Source: Rickettsia typhi (GTDB taxonomy: Bacteria > Pseudomonadota > Alphaproteobacteria > Rickettsiales > UBA1997). From it: 64,000 nt of DNA. The position numbers and the translations under genes are program-made. The notes beneath the pieces are model-generated. The model was not told the DNA's origin. It was given only the letters and a program-made list of their open reading frames with translations, and ran no database searches. The DNA lies in contig CAMAXU010000001.1 in NCBI GenBank assembly GCA_945862455.1, forward strand, positions 15,124-79,123. The letters are read 5' to 3'. Positions within the stretch are counted from its first letter, which is position 1; each line of letters opens with the position of its first letter. Positions 1 through 9,918 of this stretch are shown here, piece after piece.

Positions 1-362
1 CAATTCTTGCACCTACCTTTTAAATGCAAGGTTTGGGCATTCTGACAAATTAGAATAACTGCGTTTTCAAGAATTTTTCTTGGCTCACGACAGCTAAAAC
101 AAAACATTTCATCTTGATTGCACTTTTTCTTTCCAGTCTTTTGTTTGTTTATTAAAAAAGCCTTCAGATCTTGGCAATGAATCATTATTGGCGTTTTGTT
201 GTCGATTACTTTTAAACCGCTTTTTATCCAATATCTTACAGCGGTTTCTCCAACTCCAAATAACTGCGCAACCTCGCCCACTGAATAAGAGGTGTTGCTT
301 TGCACTAATCGGGGATTGAATTTTCTTTTATATGTCGGTCGCCTTTTGTTGACTTTTATCAT
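1..362 (-). CDS. Partial (C-terminus off-window) helix-turn-helix DNA-binding protein with an excisionase/MerR-like HTH
   Basis: My own translation from the ATG at 362-360 gives MIKVNKRRPTYKRKFNPRLVQSNTSYSVGEVAQLFGVGETAVRYWIKSGLKVIDNKTPIMIHCQDL...CFSCREPRK and stays open to the window edge. It is absent from the ORF track because it has no in-window stop. YSVGEVAQLFGVGETAVRYWIKSG looks like an HTH. Confidence 0.5.
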   Translation of the reverse strand, partial: MIKVNKRRPTYKRKFNPRLVQSNTSYSVGEVAQLFGVGETAVRYWIKSGLKVIDNKTPIMIHCQDLKAFLINKQKTGKKKCNQDEMFCFSCREPRKILENAVILICQNAQTLHLKGRCKN

Positions 363-363
363 T

Positions 364-570
364 TTACATTCTCCTTAGCTTTTCAAAGTTAGTTTCGTGC
401 GACGACATCCACTTTTCGAATGAATCCTTTTTGTACAAAATTAGTTTTCCTAACTTGGTGCGCGGAGCTCCTTTTCTTCTTGAGGCTTCGCATCGCAAAG
501 AGGCGACTGTTTTATTTAAAAAATCAGCAACCTCTTGTTCGCTTAAATATCCTTGGGGTATGTTTTGCAT
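364..570 (-). CDS. Excisionase/AlpA-family HTH protein
   Basis: 68 aa. YLSEQEVADFLNKTVASLRCEASRRKGAPRTKLGKLILYKKDSFEKWM is the typical small excisionase-type HTH pattern. It is 1 nt from the next ORF. Confidence 0.6.
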   Translation of the reverse strand: MQNIPQGYLSEQEVADFLNKTVASLRCEASRRKGAPRTKLGKLILYKKDSFEKWMSSHETNFEKLRRM

Positions 571-614
571 TGTAAGTTGTTTAGTTTATAGTTAACATTA
601 AAGATCAAAAGAGG

Positions 615-1196
615 CTAAATTAGCCCCAAGTTTTGCAACCGAAATTGCGTAGTTTCTCGAGATGTCCTAAAGAATTGAGCCATTGTTGACTTGATGTCGT
701 TGGGGCTTTTTTCTTTACGAAGCTCTTGATTCCACTTTTTAATAACCAGCTCTCTTGGCATTAAAAGAGCTGCCGCAAACTTATTGGCTTGGATTTCTAC
801 TCTTCTAGTGTAAGGGTTGGACTCATTGTGAAAATATAGAGAATTTTCTTTTGAGAATTTATCGCGATGTAGTACGAAATGCCCAATTTCATGAGCAATT
901 GTGAAATTAAGCCTACCCTCTTCTAAAAATTCACCACCAAGCGAATTATCTAAACCTTGGTCAATAATGATTGTTTTGCCTTCCAAATCCAAAGCTCCGA
1001 GAACTCCTTCAAATTCAGAATCCAAATCTTCAAATAAAATTCCTAAGCCCAATAATTTTTCAGCAATCAAATCAAGATTGGTTGCGCTGTTAAAATCGTA
1101 AAAACCAGCCTTACTGAGTTCGGTCAAAATTCCTTCAGCCCTCTCATCAATTCGACGATCTTCTAAAAATTCAATTTCGATGCTATTCGTTGTCAT
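615..1196 (-). CDS. ImmA/IrrE-family zinc metallopeptidase
   Basis: HEXXH motif in TIAHEIGHFVLH, followed by EIQANKFAAALLMP, typical of ImmA/IrrE. It overlaps the upstream Xre gene by 14 nt, the canonical Xre-ImmA pair. Confidence 0.8.
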   Translation of the reverse strand: MTTNSIEIEFLEDRRIDERAEGILTELSKAGFYDFNSATNLDLIAEKLLGLGILFEDLDSEFEGVLGALDLEGKTIIIDQGLDNSLGGEFLEEGRLNFTIAHEIGHFVLHRDKFSKENSLYFHNESNPYTRRVEIQANKFAAALLMPRELVIKKWNQELRKEKSPNDIKSTMAQFFRTSRETTQFRLQNLGLI

Positions 1197-1518
1197 GATT
1201 CTCTAAAAATTCTTTTACATGCTTGTCTTTTGCTTTGCGCAAAAAAGCAGCATATAAAGCTGGTTTGGCGGTAATGATGTCCTGCAAATCAGAAGAAATT
1301 TTACCAGCCCTTGCTAGCAGTTCATCCTTATCGATTTGTAAAACTTCAGCCATTTTTTTAATTTTATCTTCACTTGGCGGCATATAGTCACCAACTTCCA
1401 TTTTACTAATGTAAGTTGCACTGATTCCAACCATCCTTGCAAATTCTCTTAAACCTAATGGATTTTTCAGAGACAATCTTGTGTCTCTTACAAATTTACC
1501 AAAATTAACTTTACTCAT
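1183..1518 (-). CDS. Xre-family HTH transcriptional regulator
   Basis: GLREFARMVGISATYISKMEVG is a classic Xre/Cro HTH. It is paired with the ImmA peptidase. Confidence 0.8.
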   Translation of the reverse strand: MSKVNFGKFVRDTRLSLKNPLGLREFARMVGISATYISKMEVGDYMPPSEDKIKKMAEVLQIDKDELLARAGKISSDLQDIITAKPALYAAFLRKAKDKHVKEFLENHDNE

Positions 1519-1765
1519 AATTTCCTACCTCATTTTTTGTTTTTACTAAATTTAAGACTTTGCAAAAACTCACCTCTCCACCCGCAAATCTAAATTTGTT
1601 AGGCGTTAAGTGAAACCTAAACAAAGAAAATCAATTTGCAAACACAAATTTCAATTATTTTAAAAGGAGAATAATTTCTTAGCTGAGTTTGTGTAAAATG
1701 CGGACACCAGACGGACACCTGTTTTTTATATCATTTACTAACAACCCTCAAAGCCTTGAGAGAGT

Positions 1766-1842
1766 TGGTGCACTCGGCGAGATTCGAACTCACAACCTTC
1801 TGATTCGTAGTCAGATGCTCTATCCAATTGAGCTACGAGTGC
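1766..1842 (-). tRNA. tRNA-Arg (anticodon ACG), CCA encoded
   Basis: The reverse complement folds by eye into a cloverleaf: GCACTCG/TA/GCTC-AATTGGATA-GAGC/A/TCTGA-CTACGAA-TCAGA/AGGTT/GTGAG-TTCGAAT-CTCGC/CGAGTGC-A-CCA. Confidence 0.9.
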
Positions 1843-1962
1843 ATTTGTATAAATCAAATTTGAGGAGAATTTGATTTTGATTTTAAAAAAAACTTTGTCG
1901 AACTTTTTTTAAAGAATTTTTAGTGGCGTTAATTCTATCTTCTGAGTTAACTTCAAAACCTT

Positions 1963-2078
1963 ATGGACCCCGTCGTGAAGACGGGGTGACAGATTATTGT
2001 TTGGAGAAAAACTAAAGTTTGTTCTCCTAACGGGCAAAATAAAGTTTGTCGCCCCGTCTTCAAGACGCGGCCCCTACG
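1963..2078. repeat. Palindromic repeat element (family atggaccccgtcgtgaagacggggtgaca), degenerate right arm
   Basis: The 29-nt left arm (1963-1991) is identical to 33375-33403. The right arm (2047-2078), tgtcgccccgtcttcaagacgcggcccc, is an imperfect inverse copy. Confidence 0.8.
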
Positions 2079-2112
2079 GACTTGAAATAAGAAATACCCC
2101 TCTAGTGTTATC

Positions 2113-3162
2113 TTAATTGGTGTCGGCTTTGCGTTTTTTTTCCGCAGCTTCTTCTTTCGCAGCAGATTTTTTTAATTTCGCAACGCCAAGTTTTTCACGA
2201 ATTGTATTTTCCAATTCTTCAGAAACTTTAGAATTTTCTCTTAAGTAATTTTTAGTATTTTCTTTTCCTTGTCCGATTTTAGCATCTTTGTAAGCATACC
2301 AAGAACCTGATTTTTCAAGGATGTCATATTTAACCGCTAAGTCGATAATTTCACCAACGCGAGAAATTCCTTCGCCGTAAATGATTTCGAAATCTGCAGT
2401 TTTGAAAGGTGGGGCAACTTTATTTTTTACAACTTTAACTTTAGTTTCATTGCCCAAAACTTCTTCTTGATCTTTGATCGCAGTTCCTCTGCGAATGTCT
2501 AATCTTACAGAAGCGTAGAATTTTAAAGCATTTCCACCTGTGGTAGTTTCTGGAGATCCAAACATTACGCCGATTTTCATTCGAATTTGATTGATGAAAA
2601 TTACGGTAGAGTTGGTTTTTGAAACTGTTGAAGTTAATTTTCTTAAAGCTTTGCTCATCAGGCGCGCTTGTAATCCCATTTGATTATCAGCCATTCCTCC
2701 TTCAAGTTCAACTTGTGGAACCAAAGCTGCAACTGAATCGATAACGATTAAATCAACGGCTCCAGAGCGAACTAAAGTATCGGCAATTTCAAGAGCAGCT
2801 TCGCCATTATCTGGTTGAGAGATAATCATTTCGTCTAAATTAATGCCAAGATTTTTAGCATAAGCTGGATCAAAAGCATGTTCAGCGTCAATGAAAGCGC
2901 AAGAAAGACCAGCTTTTTGAGCTTCAGCAATTGCGTGCAAAGTTAGAGTAGTTTTTCCCGAAGATTCTGGGCCGTAAATTTCAATAATTCTTCCACGAGG
3001 ATAACCGCCAACACCAAGAGCCACATCAAGCGCCAAGGATCCGCTTGGAATAACTTCGATATCAGTGATTGGTTTTGAGCCAAATTTCATGGCGGAACCT
3101 TTGCCAAATTCTTTGTCGATTTGTGCTAATGCTGCATCTAATGCTTTTTTACGGTCGTTCAT
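2113..3162 (-). CDS. recA: Recombinase RecA
   Basis: Walker A in [16 protein letters not shown]; full-length RecA pattern ([55 protein letters not shown]). Confidence 0.97.
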   Translation of the reverse strand: MNDRKKALDAALAQIDKEFGKGSAMKFGSKPITDIEVIPSGSLALDVALGVGGYPRGRIIEIYGPESSGKTTLTLHAIAEAQKAGLSCAFIDAEHAFDPAYAKNLGINLDEMIISQPDNGEAALEIADTLVRSGAVDLIVIDSVAALVPQVELEGGMADNQMGLQARLMSKALRKLTSTVSKTNSTVIFINQIRMKIGVMFGSPETTTGGNALKFYASVRLDIRRGTAIKDQEEVLGNETKVKVVKNKVAPPFKTADFEIIYGEGISRVGEIIDLAVKYDILEKSGSWYAYKDAKIGQGKENTKNYLRENSKVSEELENTIREKLGVAKLKKSAAKEEAAEKKRKADTN

Positions 3163-3200
3163 ATTTCTCCTAGATTTTTGGGTTTGTTAATTGGGGTTTG

Positions 3201-4085
3201 TTATTTTTTTAGTAAGTTAAGCATGGTTTGACCAAGTGAAGCAGGACTGTCAGCAACTGCAACGCCGGCTGATTTCATGGCTTCAATTTTGCCTTCCGCG
3301 CCACCTTTTCCACCAGAAATGATCGCACCGGCATGACCCATTCTGCGTCCTTCAGGAGCAGTGCGGCCAGCGATGAAGCCAACAGTTGGCTTGCTGCGAC
3401 CTTTTTTAGCTTCTTGTCTTAAAAATTCTGCAGCTTCTTCTTCATCAGTTCCGCCGATTTCGCCAATCATGATCATGGCTTGAGTTTCAGGATCAGATAA
3501 GAATAAGTCTAAGCAATCGATAAAGTTGGTGCCGTTAACTGGATCGCCACCAATTCCGATACAAGTAGTTTGGCCCAAGCCAGCTTTAGTAGTTTGGTGA
3601 ACTGCTTCATAAGTTAAAGTTCCTGAGCGAGAAACGATGCCAATTGACCCTTTTTTGTGGATGTGTCCCGGCATGATACCGATTTTGCATTCATCTGGAG
3701 TGATAATGCCCGGGCAGTTTGGTCCAATTAATCTCGATCTCGAGCCAGCTAAAGCTTTTTTAACTTTAACCATATCAAGAACTGGGATGCCTTCAGTGAT
3801 GCAAACAATAAGCTCGATTTCAGCTTCAATTGCTTCTAAAATGGCATCAGCTGCGAATGGAGGCGGAACGTAAATTACTGAAGCATTGGCATCGGTTTTT
3901 TTTCTGGCATCAAAAACAGTGTCAAAAACTGGAAGACCTAAATGAGTGGTGCCGCCTTTTCCGGGAGTAACGCCGCCGACCATTTTGGTTCCGTAAGCAG
4001 CTGCTTGTTCAGAGTGAAAAGTGCCTTGAGCTCCAGTGAAGCCTTGGCAGATAACTTTGGTATTTTTATTAACTAAAACTGACAT
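3201..4085 (-). CDS. sucD: Succinyl-CoA synthetase alpha subunit
   Basis: [18 protein letters not shown]..., [19 protein letters not shown] and the catalytic-His region MGHAGAII. Confidence 0.97.
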   Translation of the reverse strand: MSVLVNKNTKVICQGFTGAQGTFHSEQAAAYGTKMVGGVTPGKGGTTHLGLPVFDTVFDARKKTDANASVIYVPPPFAADAILEAIEAEIELIVCITEGIPVLDMVKVKKALAGSRSRLIGPNCPGIITPDECKIGIMPGHIHKKGSIGIVSRSGTLTYEAVHQTTKAGLGQTTCIGIGGDPVNGTNFIDCLDLFLSDPETQAMIMIGEIGGTDEEEAAEFLRQEAKKGRSKPTVGFIAGRTAPEGRRMGHAGAIISGGKGGAEGKIEAMKSAGVAVADSPASLGQTMLNLLKK

Positions 4086-4097
4086 TGGTTTTAAAAA

Positions 4098-5285
4098 TTA
4101 GTTTGAAATTTCGGCAGCTTTAACTGCTTGTACAATTTTTTGTGCAGCATCTGCAAGGTCATCAGCTGGAATTACAGCTAAGCCAGATTTGGCGATGATT
4201 TCTTTGCCAAGTTCTACGTTGGTTCCTTCAAGACGAACAACTAAAGGAACGCTTAAGTGAACTTCTTTTGCTGCTTCAAGAATGCCGTTAGCGATGATAT
4301 CGCAACGCATGATGCCACCGAAAATATTCACCAAAATTCCTTTTACGTTAGTATCAGAAAGAATGATTTTGAAAGCTGCGGTAACTTTTTCGCGAGTTGC
4401 ACCGCCGCCAACGTCTAAGAAGTTTGCTGGAGATGAGCCATAAAGTTGGATAATATCCATAGTAGCCATTGCGAGACCGGCGCCGTTAACCATGCAGCCA
4501 ATTTTACCATCCATTTTAATATAGTTTAGATCATATTTAGAAGCTTCGATTTCAAGAGGCTCTTCTTCATCTAAATCACGAAGCACTTTGATATCGTCAT
4601 GACGTTGTAGCGCATTATCGTCAAAATTAATTTTAGCATCTAAAGCGATGATTTCGCCTTCGGTAGTTTCAACTAAAGGATTAATTTCGATTTGTGAACA
4701 ATCAGTTTCGGTGAAAGTTTTATATAAAGCGAAAATCAATTTAGAGAATTTTTTCAAAGTTTCGCCAGAAAATCCAAGGGCAAAACCTAATTTACGAGTG
4801 TGGCAAGATTGAATTCCCGAAGCAGCATCAACAACAACGGTGATTATTTTTTCAGGATGCTTTTCAGCAACTTCTTCGATTTCAACGCCACCTTCGGTTG
4901 ATGCCATGAAAACGATGGCTTTGGTTTTGCGATCAACTACTACTGATAAGTAATATTCTTTTTTAATGCTTGAACCAGCTTCAACATAAAGTCTTTTAAC
5001 CAATCTGCCTTCAGGGCCAGTTTGGTGAGTGATCAAAGTCATTCCTAAAATTTGCAAAGCTTTTTCTTTAACTTCTTCAACTGATTTTACAACTTTAACG
5101 CCACCCCCTTTTCCGCGACCACCAGCGTGGATTTGAGCTTTAACAACGAAAATTTTATTTCCAGCAGCTTCTAATGCTTTTGCAGCTTCAACTGCTTCAG
5201 GAACTGAAAAGGCTGGATGACCTTCAGGCACGGCAACGCCGAATTTTTTAAGCAGACTTTTAGCCTGATATTCGTGGATATTCAT
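4098..5285 (-). CDS. sucC: Succinyl-CoA synthetase beta subunit
   Basis: The canonical N-terminus [17 protein letters not shown] starts at the ATG at 5285-5283. The track ORF extends to 5417, but the extra 44 aa look non-coding and overlap the divergent hemD. Confidence 0.95.
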   Translation of the reverse strand: MNIHEYQAKSLLKKFGVAVPEGHPAFSVPEAVEAAKALEAAGNKIFVVKAQIHAGGRGKGGGVKVVKSVEEVKEKALQILGMTLITHQTGPEGRLVKRLYVEAGSSIKKEYYLSVVVDRKTKAIVFMASTEGGVEIEEVAEKHPEKIITVVVDAASGIQSCHTRKLGFALGFSGETLKKFSKLIFALYKTFTETDCSQIEINPLVETTEGEIIALDAKINFDDNALQRHDDIKVLRDLDEEEPLEIEASKYDLNYIKMDGKIGCMVNGAGLAMATMDIIQLYGSSPANFLDVGGGATREKVTAAFKIILSDTNVKGILVNIFGGIMRCDIIANGILEAAKEVHLSVPLVVRLEGTNVELGKEIIAKSGLAVIPADDLADAAQKIVQAVKAAEISN

Positions 5286-5377
5286 TTGTAAGTTTGATTT
5301 TGAAATTGAAACTATTTTAGGTGTCCAAATCGAAGGGCGCGTACAATAAATTTCAATTTTAACTTGGCAATCACATA

Positions 5378-6079
5378 ATGAAAAATATCTTGGTGACAAG
5401 GGCGAAAGATCGGGCAAAAGAAATGCTTAAAGTCATTGAACAAGAAGGATTTACAGCGCTTTGTGAGCCGCTTTTTTCGGTTAAAAAAATTTTCTCAGAT
5501 CAAAAAATACCAAGAGAAATTTCTGCTATCATAATAAGTAGTTTAAATGCTTGTGATGCTGCAATTGATTTTGGATTACCAAAAAATGTGAAAATTTTTG
5601 TTGTGGGAAAAAAATCGGCACAAAAATTAATCGAATCTGGTTTTACAAATATTGAATTTGCACCAAAAAATTCCGCAGAATCTTTGTTAAATTTAATCAT
5701 TAAATCTGAAGAAAATAAATCGTCATCAATTCTTTATTTTCATGGTTCAATTGTGAGTTTAGATTTTAAAAAAGAATTAGAAAAATTGGGTTTTAAAGTA
5801 GAAAATATTTTAGCTTACAAAACTCAAGAACTGCCAAATTTTTCTGATGAATTATTGCAATTTGTTAAAAATAATTCTTTCGCACAAGTTTTACTTTTTT
5901 CGCAAAATAGCGCCAAAATCTTTTTTAAATTAGCCGCCAAGCACAATCTGCTTGAATATTTTAAAGACGCGCAGCTACTATGTTTAAGTGAAAAGATTCT
6001 TCACGATGTAAGAAATTATGGCTTCACCAATTCTGCAACTTTTGATCAATTTCCAATTTTAAATAATTTTTATGACTGA
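5378..6079 (+). CDS. hemD: Uroporphyrinogen-III synthase (HemD family)
   Basis: 233 aa. Has the N-terminus [32 protein letters not shown] and the two-lobe length typical of HemD. Context with mic60-like and hemY-like genes. Confidence 0.7.
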   Translation: MKNILVTRAKDRAKEMLKVIEQEGFTALCEPLFSVKKIFSDQKIPREISAIIISSLNACDAAIDFGLPKNVKIFVVGKKSAQKLIESGFTNIEFAPKNSAESLLNLIIKSEENKSSSILYFHGSIVSLDFKKELEKLGFKVENILAYKTQELPNFSDELLQFVKNNSFAQVLLFSQNSAKIFFKLAAKHNLLEYFKDAQLLCLSEKILHDVRNYGFTNSATFDQFPILNNFYD

Positions 6080-6974
6080 AAGCTTAGACGCAAAAAATCA
6101 GGAAAATAAAAATAACAGCACCAAAAAAACACAAAGTTTTTTGACAAAATTAATCATTTTAGTATCACTAATTTTACTTGGTTATTTTGGCTTTAAATAT
6201 TGGCAGGTAAAAGCGGCGCAGAAACAAGCAGCTAAGTCTCTAGTTGAAAAATATGATAATGTTGACAGTGAGATTTTTGATCTTTCCTCAGATCACGAAG
6301 AAGCCGATTCACATGGTTTGGCCGATATAACGGTGAATGAATTAAAAGAAAAAGGTGCGGAATTTATTTATCAAATGTTGCTAAAAAATCAGGTGCAAAT
6401 TACTGATTTAAGAGAGCAAATTTTAGTGCTTAAAAACGATGTCCAAAAATATAAAAATCAGGAAAGAATCGGTAAATTAATTTTTACTTATGTTGATTTG
6501 AGACAAAAAATTTCGGCCGGAAAATCATCGTCAGAAGAGTTTAAAAATTTTGAAATGCTGGCTTCTTTTGATGAAAATTTGCAAGCGAAAATTGCCCAAT
6601 TAAAACCATTATTGCCAAATTTGCAGGGCAGAGAAAAATTGAACAAAAGCTTTTCTGCTCTAATTCCAAAACTTATTGCTGCTAAAAACTTTAATCCTGA
6701 TGGCGGTATTCTTTCTAAAATTCGTTACAATATTTCCAAGCTCATAATTATCAGAAGAATTGATGATAAAAATCTGGGCGATATTGATGCGACACTTACC
6801 AAAGTTGAAAGGCTTTTACGTGAAGAAAATTATCAAGATGTTCTCACTTCTCTTCTCTCTCTCGATGCTAATTATCACGAAATTCTAAAAGGATTTTTGG
6901 ATGAATTAAGTGTTTCTGCGGAAGCGCAAAAAATTGATGGAGATATTTTAAATTACCTAAAAAGTCTGACCTAA
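6072..6974 (+). CDS. Alphaproteobacterial Mic60 (mitofilin)-like membrane protein
   Basis: N-terminal TM helix (LTKLIILVSLILLGYFGF) and a coiled-coil middle region. The C-terminus KLIIIRRIDDKNLGDIDATLTKVERLLREENYQDVLTSLLSL...GFLDELSVSAEAQ fits the mitofilin-domain pattern. It sits between hemD and hemY-like genes. Confidence 0.55.
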   Translation: MTESLDAKNQENKNNSTKKTQSFLTKLIILVSLILLGYFGFKYWQVKAAQKQAAKSLVEKYDNVDSEIFDLSSDHEEADSHGLADITVNELKEKGAEFIYQMLLKNQVQITDLREQILVLKNDVQKYKNQERIGKLIFTYVDLRQKISAGKSSSEEFKNFEMLASFDENLQAKIAQLKPLLPNLQGREKLNKSFSALIPKLIAAKNFNPDGGILSKIRYNISKLIIIRRIDDKNLGDIDATLTKVERLLREENYQDVLTSLLSLDANYHEILKGFLDELSVSAEAQKIDGDILNYLKSLT

Positions 6975-6975
6975 T

Positions 6976-8286
6976 ATGTTTGCAATTTTATGGTTTTTAT
7001 TCATTGCTGTTGCCCTTTCAACCTTGTTGGTTTGGATGCTGGATAATAATGGCAATGTCGTTATAAATTGGCTTGGGCATGAGGTTCAAACTGATATTTT
7101 AACGGCGATTTTATTGTCGTTTTTGGCAGCGGTTTCTATTATTGCTTTATCTTATTTGTTGACCCGAATTTTTGCGATTCGCTTTCCCAATCTTTTAAAA
7201 TTATTTTCCCGCAAAAGTTATATAAGGCGTTTGGAAAAATTAGTGCACAGACATCACAAAGCCTACGATATCATGGCGCAGTTGATGTTGGCGTTGGAAG
7301 TTGATGATGAAAAATCAGCAAAAGAACTACATAAAAAATTTTCCAAATTAATTAAAAATCCAGCGTTAAATAATTTTTTTCTCGGAAAAATAGCTTTTGA
7401 TAAAGCTGATTTTTCAAAATCCGGCGAAATCTTTTCTAAATTTGGCGATAATAAAAATGCTAGAATTTTAGTGCTGAAATCAAAGCTAGCATTGGCTTTG
7501 CAAAGGCAAGATGAAACTCAAGCGATTGCTTATGCTAAACAAATTTTGTCGCTGAAAAAAGACAATGTTCAGGCGGCGCAAACTTTGTTTGGACTTTATA
7601 AAAAATGCGGTTTGTGGCAAGAAGCTAAGGCTTTAATTTCGGAATATGGTTCAGATAAATTTAAAGATGAGTTACAAAAAAGAGATCTAGCTATAATCAA
7701 TAATGCTCTGGCTTTAGAAGCTTATCAAGCCAAGAAATTTCTTCAGGCAATCAAATATGCAAAAATTGCTTTAAAAGCGGAAAACCAGTTTTTACCGGCG
7801 CAGGAAATTCTTTTAAAATCATGGTTAAAATTGGGTTTTGCTTTTAAAACAACTTGGCAAATTAAGAATTTGTGGCGTGAAAATCCGAATTTAATTTTTG
7901 CTGAAATTTATGATTTAACTAATCGCAAATATTCTGCCAAAAATCGTATTAAAGCGACTAAAAAATTGGCTGAAATTAATGATGAAGCGGGAATTGGTAA
8001 ATTAGCAATTGGTCTTGTAGCCTTCAGAGCCGGAGCTTTTCAAGTTGCAAAAGAATTTTTGCATTTGTCGCTACTTCGCCAAAAAACTTATCGCGCTTAT
8101 AAGCTTTTGGCATTTACTGAAAAGAATTTAGGCAATGAAGAAGAGTTTAAAAAGAATATTGCTAAAGCGAAAATGATGATGCCAGACGATCATTACGTTT
8201 GTAATAATTGTGGTTATTTAAGTTCGAGATGGAGCGCTAATTGTAAACCTTGCGGCAGTTATGATTCGATGGAATGGCATTCCTAA
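6976..8286 (+). CDS. HemY-N-domain / TPR membrane protein with a C-terminal zinc ribbon
   Basis: Two N-terminal TM helices, TPR-like repeats, and the C-terminus CNNCGYLSSRWSANCKPCGSYDSMEW. Conserved partner of alpha-Mic60. Confidence 0.7.
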   Translation: MFAILWFLFIAVALSTLLVWMLDNNGNVVINWLGHEVQTDILTAILLSFLAAVSIIALSYLLTRIFAIRFPNLLKLFSRKSYIRRLEKLVHRHHKAYDIMAQLMLALEVDDEKSAKELHKKFSKLIKNPALNNFFLGKIAFDKADFSKSGEIFSKFGDNKNARILVLKSKLALALQRQDETQAIAYAKQILSLKKDNVQAAQTLFGLYKKCGLWQEAKALISEYGSDKFKDELQKRDLAIINNALALEAYQAKKFLQAIKYAKIALKAENQFLPAQEILLKSWLKLGFAFKTTWQIKNLWRENPNLIFAEIYDLTNRKYSAKNRIKATKKLAEINDEAGIGKLAIGLVAFRAGAFQVAKEFLHLSLLRQKTYRAYKLLAFTEKNLGNEEEFKKNIAKAKMMMPDDHYVCNNCGYLSSRWSANCKPCGSYDSMEWHS

Positions 8287-8354
8287 AAAAATAAAATCTA
8301 TTGCGAATGCAGTGATTTAATTTCCACGTAGTAATTCAAAAAAAACTAACAAAT

Positions 8355-9194
8355 ATGAATAATAATCTATCTAAAATTATCGAAACTGCTTTTGAAAATA
8401 GAGCTGAAATAAATCAATTAACAAAAGGTGAAATACGCGATGCAGTTAATGAAACACTAGCTTTGCTTGATCGCGGTGAAATCAGAATCTGTGAAAAACA
8501 AAATGATGTTTGGCAAGTAAATCAATGGATCAAAAAAGCGATTTTACTTTCTTTTCGTCTTAACGATAATTTTTTAAGTAAGCACACAGTAACTACAGGA
8601 GATGCTTTAACTTATTTTGATAAAGTTCCTCTAAAATTTAGCAATTGGAAAGAAGAAGATTTTAAGCAAGCTGGTTTCCGCGTGATTCCGGGTGCTGTAG
8701 TTCGCTATTCGGCATATATTTCTAAGAATGCAGTTTTGCTACCATCATTCGTAAATCTTGGCGCTTATGTTGGCGAAGGCACCATGATTGACACTTGGGC
8801 GACAGTTGGTTCTTGTGCTCAAATTGGTAAAAATTGTCATATTTCTGGCGGTGCCGGAATTGGTGGCGTTCTTGAGCCTTTACAAGCAAATCCGGTAATT
8901 ATTGAAGATGATTGTTTTATCGGTGCGCGTAGTGAAATTGCTGAAGGCGTAATTGTGGAAAAAGGTTCGGTAATTTCAATGGGCGTTTATATTGGAGCTT
9001 CAACAAAAATTATTGATCGTGAAACTGGAGAGATTTTTTATGGTCGCGTTCCGGCTTACTCTGTTGTGGTTCCGGGAAATATTGCTTCCACAAAAGGCGA
9101 TAAAAATGTTTCGCTTTATGCGGCGGTAATTGTGAAAAAAGTTGATGAAAAAACTCGTTCTAAAACTTCGGTTAATGAGTTGTTGAGGGATTAA
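8355..9194 (+). CDS. dapD: 2,3,4,5-tetrahydropyridine-2,6-dicarboxylate N-succinyltransferase
   Basis: Hexapeptide-repeat region [40 protein letters not shown]; length and N-terminal domain typical of DapD. Confidence 0.9.
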   Translation: MNNNLSKIIETAFENRAEINQLTKGEIRDAVNETLALLDRGEIRICEKQNDVWQVNQWIKKAILLSFRLNDNFLSKHTVTTGDALTYFDKVPLKFSNWKEEDFKQAGFRVIPGAVVRYSAYISKNAVLLPSFVNLGAYVGEGTMIDTWATVGSCAQIGKNCHISGGAGIGGVLEPLQANPVIIEDDCFIGARSEIAEGVIVEKGSVISMGVYIGASTKIIDRETGEIFYGRVPAYSVVVPGNIASTKGDKNVSLYAAVIVKKVDEKTRSKTSVNELLRD

Positions 9195-9243
9195 TTAAAT
9201 AAATTGAGTTCGGGTAAAACACAAAAATAACAAACAAAATTTA

Positions 9244-9918
9244 ATGATCTTCGACGCCAAATTTTTCACCCTTATAACTTTCATCATTATTAACTTTCTG
9301 ATTCTTTTTACAATCAGAGCCCGCACTACTATTATCACCAGCCTTATTATTGCTCACTTAATTGCGGTTCTTTTTTTCAGCCTTTCAATTTCAAATTATA
9401 ATTCTTTCAAAGAAATTGTGCTGTCTTTAATCATCTATTCTATGGTGATTTTATTCCTGATTTCCAATTATAACCCAATTTATTTAACCGACAACCAGAC
9501 CAATAAAATCAACGAATCTCACTCATCTTTATTTATAGTTCCGATAATTTCCGCCGGCATTTTGATAATTTTTTGTGCAGTTTTTTTAATTACTAAAAAC
9601 ATTCCCGATATTTCTAACGTCATTCATGAAAAGGAAGCAGAAAAGCAAAATGAAATCATCAGAAACCCAATGATTCTGCCGTCTTACGCAGTTCACATCG
9701 CCGTTAAAAAATTTTATTTAGGAAAAAAATTTGAAGATGATTGGTCAGATAAAACTTACGCTGAAATTGAATTAAATGAAAAAAAACGAGCGCGCTTAAA
9801 AGATAAATTATCGGACAATTTTTTATTAAAACGCTCTTCCGATGTAATTTTAATTATAGTTGCTGTAAGCACGAGTTTGCTGCTTTTGGGAAATAAAAAA
9901 ACTGAAAAAAATTCATGA
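9244..9918 (+). CDS. Hypothetical multi-pass membrane protein
   Basis: Several hydrophobic helices and no recognisable motif. It fills the dapD-pyrD gap and overlaps the pyrD start by 4 nt. Confidence 0.45.
   Translation: MIFDAKFFTLITFIIINFLILFTIRARTTIITSLIIAHLIAVLFFSLSISNYNSFKEIVLSLIIYSMVILFLISNYNPIYLTDNQTNKINESHSSLFIVPIISAGILIIFCAVFLITKNIPDISNVIHEKEAEKQNEIIRNPMILPSYAVHIAVKKFYLGKKFEDDWSDKTYAEIELNEKKRARLKDKLSDNFLLKRSSDVILIIVAVSTSLLLLGNKKTEKNS

Larger units (their letters stand above)
1..1765. mobile_element. Right-hand end of an integrated element (prophage, ICE or island remnant) abutting the 3' end of tRNA-Arg; continues off the left edge
   Basis: Four tightly packed minus-strand genes of phage/ICE regulatory type (two excisionase-like HTH proteins, an ImmA/IrrE peptidase, an Xre repressor) lie directly 3' of tRNA-Arg(ACG). 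tRNA 3' ends are the classical integration site. No integrase or second att repeat is visible in the window. Confidence 0.45.

Noticed and set aside
3163-3200. Direct repeat gggtttgtta..ggggtttgtta upstream of recA as a possible LexA/SOS box
   Set aside because: It does not match the alphaproteobacterial GTTC-N7-GTTC consensus in sequence or spacing. Only 38 nt separate recA from sucD, so recA may simply be co-transcribed.
5286-5417. 44-aa N-terminal extension of sucC in the ORF track
   Set aside because: The canonical SucC N-terminus MNIHEYQAK begins at 5285. The extension is Cys/Ser/Pro-rich, non-conserved in appearance, and overlaps the divergent hemD gene.
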